The translations under genes were made by a program, and so were the position numbers. DNA of 64,000 bases from the human T2T-CHM13v2.0 reference genome, Homo sapiens. Positions 54,195-64,000 of this stretch are shown here, one piece after another. The stretch's first letter is position 1. Every line of letters begins with the position of its first letter. The DNA lies in the NCBI RefSeq assembly GCF_009914755.1, contig NC_060925.1, one strand, 5' to 3'. The notes below the pieces were generated by a model, which did not search any database, was not told the origin of the DNA, and was given only the letters and a program-made list of their open reading frames with translations.

Positions 54195-56919
54195 TCATTG
54201 GTTTCCATTCTTCCCCTTTTACATTTTTAAACTGACTCTTTAAAAATGTAAATCGGACTATATGGACCCTTGGGTTAAAGGCTCCAATGGTGTCCCACTG
54301 CTGTCAAAGTAGAGATTTAGCTTCTTACTTGGCACCCAGGTCCTGGACCCTGCCTACTTCTTACCATTCACCCTCATTCACTATACTTCCACTTGCCTTT
54401 TCTTCTTCTTTGAAAAAGCCAAGCAATTTCCCCTGCAGGGCCTTTGCACTAGCGTTCCTCTGCCTCAAATGCCCCTTCCCCTGACCTAGGCTTCTTCTTG
54501 GCATGTAGGTCTCAGCACAAATGCTACCTTCTTAGCAACCTTTCTTCACCACCCAGTCTAAATTATTAATAGTTCCTTACACCAAGAAGTTTTTTAAGGG
54601 GCAGAGCAAAAAGGTGGAATAAAAATCCCCAACAATCATCCCCACTGCAGGAACACCAAATTTAACAACTACCTACACAAAAAAGAACCTTTACAAGAAC
54701 CAGAATTCAGATGAGCACTCACAACCAGTTTCTAACTTCATATCGTTGAAAGAGGCACTGAAGAGTGTAGGAAAGACAGTCTTGAATCACTGCCACCACC
54801 CCTCCCCCATTCTCTGGCAGCAGCCACATGGTGCAGAGAATCTGTGCTCTTGGGAGAGGGAGACTACAGCAACTAGGAGACTGCCTGGAACGCAGTGCTG
54901 CCCTGTCACAGCAGAGATGCCCACCTATGGAGGTAGCATTCAGACCTGTCCTAGCCAGAGGAGAATCACCCATCCCAGTGGTAAGAGCTGGAGTTCTGGC
55001 AAGCCTTACCACCATGGGCTGAAGTGCCTTGGGGACGTAAATAAACTTAAAAGGCAGTCTCGGCTGTAAGGACTGCAAGTCCTGGCACTGAGCTGGGCTC
55101 AGAGCAGGTGGATTTTAAGGGCATGTGACTTACTGAGATACCAGTTGGGGCAGCTAAGGGAGAGCTTGCATCACCCTTCCCCCAAACCCAGGCAGCACAG
55201 CTTGCGGCTCCAAAAGAGACCCCTACCTCCCACTTGAGGAGAAGAGAGGGAAGAATAAGGAGGACTTTGTCTTGCATCTTGGATACCAGCTCAGCCACAG
55301 TGGGATAGGGCACAGGTCACAGTTGTGAGGCCCCTATTCCAAGTTCTAGCTTGCCAACCACATTTCTAGACACATGTTGGGCCAGAAGGGAACCTGCTAC
55401 CTTCAAGATAAGGACTCGGAGCTGGCAAGAACTGTTACCTGCTGACTAAAGAGCCCCCGGGCCCTGAATAACCAGCAGTGATACCCAGATAGAATGCTGT
55501 GGGCCTTGGGTGAGACTTTGAGATGTGATGACTTCAGGTAAGACTCAGCACATTTCCAGCTATTGTGACTATGATGAGAGACTCCTTCTGCTTGAGAAAA
55601 ACAGATGAAAAAGCAAAGGGGACCTTGTATTGCATCACAGGTACCAGCTCAGCCACAGTGGAGTATAATACCAAGAGGGGTCTTGGGGCCCCAATTCCAG
55701 GCCTTGGGTCTTGAATGGCACTTCTGGACCTGCCCTGGGCCAGAGAAGAGCCCACTGGCCTGAAAGGTGAATCCCAGGCCTGGCACCATTCACCACTAGC
55801 TGACTGAAGAGCCCTTAGGCCTGAGAAGAATATCAGTGGTAGCTTGGCAGTACTCCTCTTGGGTCCGTGGTGGTGGTGGCTACAGGGTGAGGCTCCTCTT
55901 CCTCTGAAAAGGGGATGGAAGAGTGGGAAGGACTGTGTCTCATGGTTTGAGTGCTAGCTTAGGCACTGTAGTGTAAAGCACCAGATAGACTTCTAAGGTT
56001 GTTGACTCGAGTCCCTGGATCCTGGATGGCATCTCTGGACCTTCCCAGGGCCTGGGGGAACTTGCTGCCCTGAAGGGAAGGACACAAACCTGGCTGCTTT
56101 ACCACCTGCTGATTGTAGAGCCCTAGGGCTTTGACTCAACACAGATGGTACTAGGTAGTGGTTACAGGGGGCCTTGGGTGAGACCCAGTGCTGTGTTGTC
56201 TTCAAGTCTGACCTGGCACAGCTCCAGAGGTGGTGGCTGCAGGGGTGTTTGTGTCACCCTACCCCCCAAGCCCCAGGTGGCTCAGCACACACAGAGAGAG
56301 ACTCCATTTGTTTGGGAGAAAGTAAGGGAAGATAACAAAAGTCTCTGCCTAGTAACCCAGAGAATTATCTGGATCTTATCCAAGACCAACAAGGTGGTAC
56401 CTCTATGAGCCTGCAAGAACCACAGCATTCTTGGGGTTGGGGTGCCCCCTAATACAGATATGGCTTAGATCACAACACCCAAGTCCTTTTGAATACCTGG
56501 AAAGCCTTCCCAAGAAGGATAGGTGCAAACAAGCACAGACTGTGAAGAGTACAACAAATACCCAACTCTTCAATGCTCAGACAAAGCTGAACATCCACAA
56601 GCATCAAGACCATCCAGGAAAATATGACCTCACCAAACAAACTAAATAAGTCACCAGGGACCAATGCTGGAGAAACAGAGATATGTGACCTTTCAGACAG
56701 AAAATTCAAAATAGCTGTTTTGAGGAAATTCAAAATAACACAAAAAAGAAATTCAGAATTCTATTAAGTAAATTTAGCAAAGAGATTGAAATAATTAAAA
56801 AGAATCAAGCAGAAGTTCTGGAGTTGAAAAATGCAATTGGTATACTAAAGAATGTGTCAGAGTCTCTTAATAGCAGAATTGATCAAGCAGAAGAAAGAAT
56901 TAGTGAGTTTGAAGATATG

Positions 56920-57268
56920 TGATATGGTTTGGGTCTGTGTCCCCACCCAAATCTCATCTTGTAGTTCCCATAATTCCCATGTGTTGTGGGAGGGACTTGG
57001 TGGGAGTTAACTGAATCAGGGGGTGGGTCTTTCCCATGCTGTTCTTGTGATAGTAAGTTTCATGAGATCTAATGGTTTTAAAAATGGGAGTTTCCCTGCA
57101 CAAACTCTCTTCTCTTGTCTGCCACCATCTGAGACATGACTTTCACCTTCCACCATGATTGAGGCCTCCCCAGCCATGTGGAACTGTAAGTCCATTAAAC
57201 CTCTTTCTTTTGCAAATTGCCCAGTCTCAGGTATGTCTTTATCAGCAGCATTAAAACAGGCTAATACA
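56920..57268 (+). mobile_element. THE1-type MaLR solo LTR inserted in L1 ORF1
   Basis: TG...CA ends; perfect TSD ATATG at 56915-56919 and 57269-57273. Confidence 0.92.
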
Positions 57269-58017
57269 ATATGCTATTTGAAAATACACAGTCAGAGAAG
57301 ACAAAGAAAAAAGAATAAAAAAGAATGGAGCATGCCTACAAGATCTAGAAAATAGCATCAAAAGGGCAAACCTAAGATTTATCAGCCTTAAAGAGGAAGT
57401 ATGGAAAGAGATAGGCTAGAAAGTTTATTCAAAGGGATAATAACAGAGAACTTCCTAATCCTAGAGAAAGATATCAATATTCAAGTACAAGAAGGTTATA
57501 GAATGACAAGCAGATTTAACCTAAAGATTACCTCAAGGCATTTAAGAATCAAACTCCCAAACGTCAAGGATAAAGAAAGAATCCTAAAGGTAGCAAGAGA
57601 AAAGAAACAAATAACATAAAATGGAGGTCCAATATGCTGGGCAACAGACTTTTCAGTGCAAACCTTACAGGTCAGGAGAGAGTGGCATGACATATTTCAA
57701 GTGCTGAAGAGAAAAAACTTTTACCCTAGAATAGTATATCTGGTGAAAATATTCTTCAAACGTGAAGGAAAAATACTTTCCCAGACAATTAAAAGCTGAG
57801 GGATTTCATCACAACAGACCTATCCTACAAGAAATGTTAAAGGGAGTACTTCAATCAGAAAGAAAAGGATGTTCATGAGTAATAAGACATCATCTGAAGG
57901 TACAAAACTCACTGAGAATAGTAAGTACACGGAAAAACACAGACTATTATAACGGTTTAACTGTGGTGTGTAAACTACTCTTATGTTAAGTAGAAAGAAT
58001 AAAAGATGAGCTAATCA

Positions 58018-58449
<432 letters not shown>

Positions 58450-59095
58450 TTATTAGTTTTATTTTTGCTTGTTTGTTTATATAAGCAGTGCTAAGTTGTT
58501 ATCAGCTTAAAATAATGGGTTATAGGATAGTATTTGCAGACCTCATGGTAATCGGAGGTCAAAAAACATGTAATAGATACACATAGAATAAGAAGCAAGA
58601 AATTAAATCATACCATCAGACAAAATTATCTTCACTAAAAGGAAAGAAGGAATAGAAGATGACAAAACAACCAAAAAACAAATTACAAAATAGCAAGAGT
58701 AAGGGCTTACTTATCAATAATAACAGTGAATATAAATGGACTAAATTATTCAATAAAAAGACATAAAGTGACTAAATGAATAAAAAAAACCAAGACCCAA
58801 GGAGCTGTTGCCTACAAGAAACACACTTCACCTATAAAGACACAAGTAGACTGAAAATAAAGGAATGGAAAAAGTTATTTGATGCCAATGGAAACCAAAA
58901 AAGAATACCTATACTTATATCAGACAAAATAGATTTCAAGACAAAAACTATAAGAAGAGACAAAGAAGGTCATTCAATAATAATAAAGGGGTCAATTCAG
59001 CAAGAGAATATATTATAACAATTGTCAACATATATGCACCCAACACTGGACCACCCAGATATATAAAGCCAATATTATTAGGGCTAAAGAATGAA

Positions 59096-59169
59096 AATAC
59101 ATGATGATCTCACTCCAACTGGAACTCTCTCACTGATTACTTGATAACAATAAAATATCTGATATTCTG
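59096..59169 (+). ncRNA. SNORD81: C/D box snoRNA U81/SNORD81-like retroposed copy (probably a pseudogene)
   Basis: Box C ATGATGA 59101-59107; D' CTGA 59133-59136; degenerate C' TGATAA 59142-59147; D CTGA 59159-59162; guide GAACTCTCTC; A-rich tail 59171-59211; TSD AAAGAATGAAA at 59086-59096 and 59212-59222. Confidence 0.85.
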
Positions 59170-60075
59170 CAAAAAACAAACAAACAAAAAACAAAAACAA
59201 AACAAACAAAAAAAGAATGAAATAGATCTTAATACAATAAATGTTAGAGACTTCAACACTCCACTTTCAGCATTGAACAGATCTCCCAGAGACAAAATCA
59301 ACAAAGAAACATTGGACTTTCTCCACTACAGACCAAATGGACCTAATAAATATTTATACCCCAAAGAAAGGAAATCATATATTCATTTCCATGTTTATTA
59401 CAGCACTGTTCATAATAGCCAAGATTTGGAAGCAACCTAAGTGTCCATCAACAGATGAATGTATCAAGGAAAAAAGTGGTACATATACACAATGAAGTTC
59501 TATTCAGTCATAAGAAAGAATGAGATTCTGTCATTTGCAACAACATGGATGGAACGGAAGGTTATTATGTTAAGCAAAATAAGCCAGGCACAGGAAGTCA
59601 AACTTTGCATGTTCTTGCTTATTTCTGGAAGCTAAAATTTAAAGCAATTGAACTCATGGAGATAGAGAGTAGAAGGATGGTTACCAGAGTTTGGAAAGGG
59701 TATTGGAGGGTTGAGGAGGAAGTGGGGATGGTTAACAGGTACAAAAAAATAGAACAAATAAGACCTAGTATTTGCTAGCACAACAGGGTGACTATAGTAA
59801 AAAATAATTTAATTATACATTTTAAAATAACTAAGAGTATAATTGGATTATTTGTAACACAAAGGATAAATGCTTGAGGTAATGAATACTTAATTTACCC
59901 TGATATGATTATTATGCATTGCATGCCTGTATCAAAATATCTCTTGTAGTCCATAAATATATATACCTTCCATGTACCCACAAAAATTGAAAATAAATTT
60001 AAAAAGTTTTATGTTCCTCGTAGCACTTAGCACTATCTGATATTTTCTTGTTTATTTATTACATCTCTCCCTTCA

Positions 60076-60354
<279 letters not shown>

Positions 60355-61284
60355 TCACTAATTTATAGAACATATGTTGTCTTATGCTGAAGCTAAATTA
60401 GAAGGCACCCACTCACGGGCACAACGCTTTCCTTCTACTTCACCTTGGACTTTTTTCTAGCCAACTGCTAACCATTCTTTCATTTTTTTCTTGCTTTCAT
60501 ACATCCAGTCACTAGACACTTATCTGGTACCTCTATATTTCAGGCATAGGGCTATGCAGTAGTTAAAGAAGCACCACAGTTCCTTTACTTTGTGGTAAGG
60601 GAGGCATATCTGTAAGCAAAATTGAGTTAAGATTAGGTTCAGCTATAAGTAACAGAAAATCCAAATCATAATGGCTTAAGAGGTGGGCATGGTGGCTCAT
60701 GACTGTAATCCCAACAATTTGGGAGGCTGAGGCAGGAGGATTGTTTGAGGCCAAAATAGCCTCTGCTATTTTGTTGCTTCACCATGCACGGCCTCTGTTC
60801 CCTAGTTTGCCTCATGGCACATGGCCTCGCTTAGCTGCAGGGAAGGGTAGGAAATGTAGTTTTTACTCTAGGTTGCTATGTACTTACGTGAAAATTAGAG
60901 CTCCTGATACTACAGAAGGGAGAACAGGTATTGGGGGACACCTAGCAGTCTATACTACATAGCCAAAAATATTCTGTAACAAATCTAATGAGCACAGAGG
61001 AGGCTGGAGGAGAGTTACCAACTGCCTGGTTCTGGGATCAAAGAGAGCTTCCTGGAGGAGTTGTCACTTCAGCTGTTTTTTAAAGATAAATAGATTGGAA
61101 ACTATTTAAAAGCCTTGGTTAACAGGTTGAAAATTTCTGAAATAACCAGTGATACTTTCCCCATTTCAGCCATAAAGAGAAATCAAAGACAGCTGTGCCA
61201 CCTGGGTTTGGAGTCAAAGGCCATTTGTATTTGAAATAGTTTGTGTTTTTGCTTTAGGTTTAGAAATATCATGACAGGTGTACC

Positions 61285-61701
61285 TGTATTAGGGTTCTCT
61301 GGAGAAACAGAAGAGAGAGATTTTAAGGAATTGGCTTATGCAGTTGTGGGGGCTGGCAAGTCCAAAATCCTTGGGGTAAGCCAGCAGGCTGGAATTCAGG
61401 TTGGAGTTAAATCTGCAGATCAGGCCAGGTGGACTGGAAGCTCAGGCATGGTTTCTATGGTGTAATCTTGAAGTCAAATTCTTTCTTCTTTGGAAAACCT
61501 CAGTCTTTGCTCTTAATGCCTTCAATTGAATACATGATGGCCACCCTACTATGGCAGGATGCTTTGCTTTATTCAAAGTCTACTGATTCAAATGTTAATT
61601 ACATGTGAAAAATACTATCACAACAATATCTAGACTGGTGTTTGGCCAAACAAATGGGCACCATAGCCTAGTCAAGTTGACATATAAAATTAACCATCAA
61701 A
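61285..61701 (-). mobile_element. ERVL LTR (MLT2D-like)
   Basis: TGTATTAGGGTTCTCTGGAGAAACAGAA...AAAATTAACCATCA; TSD GTACC/GTACA. Confidence 0.85.
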
Positions 61702-62393
61702 GTACACATCTAGTGGAACATTTTCAGAGGCAGAAATTCTTGCCCACTCTCTAAACTAGAATGAATTTTAGCAGAGTCAGAAAAGCAGAAGTTTTGCTGA
61801 ATTATACCTAGTGTTCCCCAGCCTTGTCATTGTGCCCACAGAAGTGTGGGGAAGGGCTCCAGCATATATTTTGCATTAACTAGATTCAGGGGATACCTCA
61901 AAAAGGCTCCTGGGCCACTGACCTCAAGCTTCATGCAGAACAGCAAGATCTAGCCACCTCTCAGTCAGGATGGCTATGGGGTGGAAGACTGTAGGGAGAG
62001 CCTCCTAAGAGCTCTAGAGAAGGGCCCTCTCCAAATCTGCATGGACATGGCAGGCCACAGCCCAGCACTTGCACAATTAGTGAACCTTTCTCTGTCCTTT
62101 CATACAAATCTCCATTGTAGCAATGATATCGCCCCACTGTGATTGTCTGCTTAACTGTTTCCCCACCAGATTTTAAACTCCCTGAAGTTTTGTCAATGAG
62201 TGAGTACCAAGTAAGAATAGATTGAAAGGAATTTGAGAGCTATCTTACAGCACCTCCAGATCTCCTTTGGAGAAGAGAGAACAAGTTTGTTCTACATTGC
62301 CCCAGGGCAGAGGTCCAAGGCTAGTGGTCCCACTAGAATCTGACAAATAGACATGTTTTGTTCAGCATACATGGCATTTATAAAACTGGATTG

Positions 62394-62671
62394 GGCTGGG
62401 CACAGTGGCTCATGCCTGTAATCCTAGCACTTTAGGAGGCCAAGGCAGGAGGATCTCTTGAGCCCAGGAGTTCAAGAGCAGCCTGGGCAACAAAGTGAGA
62501 CTCTGTCTCTATAAAAAAATTAAAAAAATAGCCAGGCATTGTGGTGGATGCCTGTGGTCCCAGCTACATGGGAGGCTGAGGCAGGAGAATGACTTGAGCC
62601 CAGAAGGTGGAGGCTGTAGTGAAATAGATTCATACTAGTATACTCCAGCTTGGGTGACAGAGTGAGACTCT

Positions 62672-62716
<45 letters not shown>
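62394..62716 (+). mobile_element. AluJ with tail replaced by (CA)n
   Basis: Full dimer; TSD AAACTGG(A/C)TT at 62383-62392 and 62717-62726. Confidence 0.9.
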
Positions 62717-62721
<5 letters not shown>

Positions 62722-62897
62722 GGCTTGCTGCCAATGTTTGAAAACTGGGAGTTTTTTTTTTTTTTAAAGTAAAATTTCTAGCTTCCTTTGAAAAATTTAC
62801 ACATATGAGCAATTTGTACATGGTGGGAGCTGAGTTGCAGCTCTCTCCTGAGAGTGGGTGCTCTGCAGTTCACCAGCATAGAGACTGATGGAGAACA

Positions 62898-63282
<385 letters not shown>

Positions 63283-64000
63283 TCAGGGGGGTTAAAGGGC
63301 AGGAAGAGATGATCTTTAAAAATTCAGATTCTTTCTAAAGAAAGCACAACCTGGACCACCCCTTTTACTGTGGAAGTACTTAGAAAAATAATTTTAGGCA
63401 TGGAAATGCTGTTATAAATTCAAGAAAGAATAGAGACCATCTCAAATCACCATGCTGCTGTAAACATGCCGCACCGCCCAGCCCCGCTTCCTTCTACAAT
63501 TCCAGTCTGTGTATTTTTGTGGGGAAGTGTACCTATTCCATTTATAATACCATGTCATATTTTCCAACCGACACCGGATAAGTTAATCAAAGATATACAC
63601 TGCATCCTGAACGTCTGCTGAATTTAACCATCTATTTTTATGGTAACCAAAGAGACTTCCCAGGGGCATTGCTGCAGATAGCCAGGGGGTTGGCTCTAAA
63701 ATTTTTTTAATGACTCAAAGTCCTTATTTCCAGTGCTATCAAATAAAGAATACTTATATTTGCAGAGGCATTCAATGAACTCCGAGAGATAGAAGACTTG
63801 TCCAAGTAGTTATAGTTAGTTAGCCACTTATGAAGTAAAAGGTAGACCCCAGAGGATTTACTCTCTGACTGTCTCCCTGACAAAGGCATTTGGGGCACAG
63901 GAAGGCACTTGGGTCACAGGGAGGTCTGTCTAGGAGACAGGGTCTTGGTGTCAACCGGGCTCCTGGGAAGATTTCCGCCCATGGATTTCCTAGAGGTGAA

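Noticed and set aside
34072-57268. Two similar THE1 LTRs as ends of one provirus flanking CCN1
   Set aside because: The right LTR has its own perfect TSD (ATATG) and no MaLR internal sequence lies between them; they are independent solo LTRs
58776-59440. ORFs with L1 endonuclease motifs
   Set aside because: Frameshifted, interrupted L1 relic lacking RT; not a functional gene

Overview
Human (primate) genomic DNA with Alu, L1, MaLR and MIR repeats. It contains the complete CCN1 (CYR61) gene on the + strand: 5 coding exons, join(47794..47856,48174..48387,48737..49093,49225..49433,49549..49851), 1146 nt, 381 aa. The gene has a TATA promoter in a CpG island, CArG/AP-1/TEAD/CRE sites, and an AU-rich 3' UTR with two polyA signals. 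A second CpG-rich block 2.5-4.3 kb upstream carries minus-strand splice donors. These fit the distal alternative first exons of DDAH1, the head-to-head neighbour (identity recalled from the human locus, not provable from this window). The left ~43 kb would then be DDAH1 long-isoform intron. The rest is repeat-rich non-coding DNA. I found no evidence for a wholly new multi-gene system. The best second-look items are: a SNORD81/U81 snoRNA retrocopy with polyA tail and TSD inside an internally deleted L1MA; a Roquin/Regnase-type triloop hairpin in the CCN1 3' UTR; an exact 27-bp CRE-bearing promoter duplication interleaved with (CA)n; a recurring TEAD-like/AP-1 composite motif; twin identical CArG boxes; a collapsed MADE1 palindrome; and an old local duplication. 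Repeat subfamily names are by eye, and their boundaries are approximate unless a TSD is quoted.
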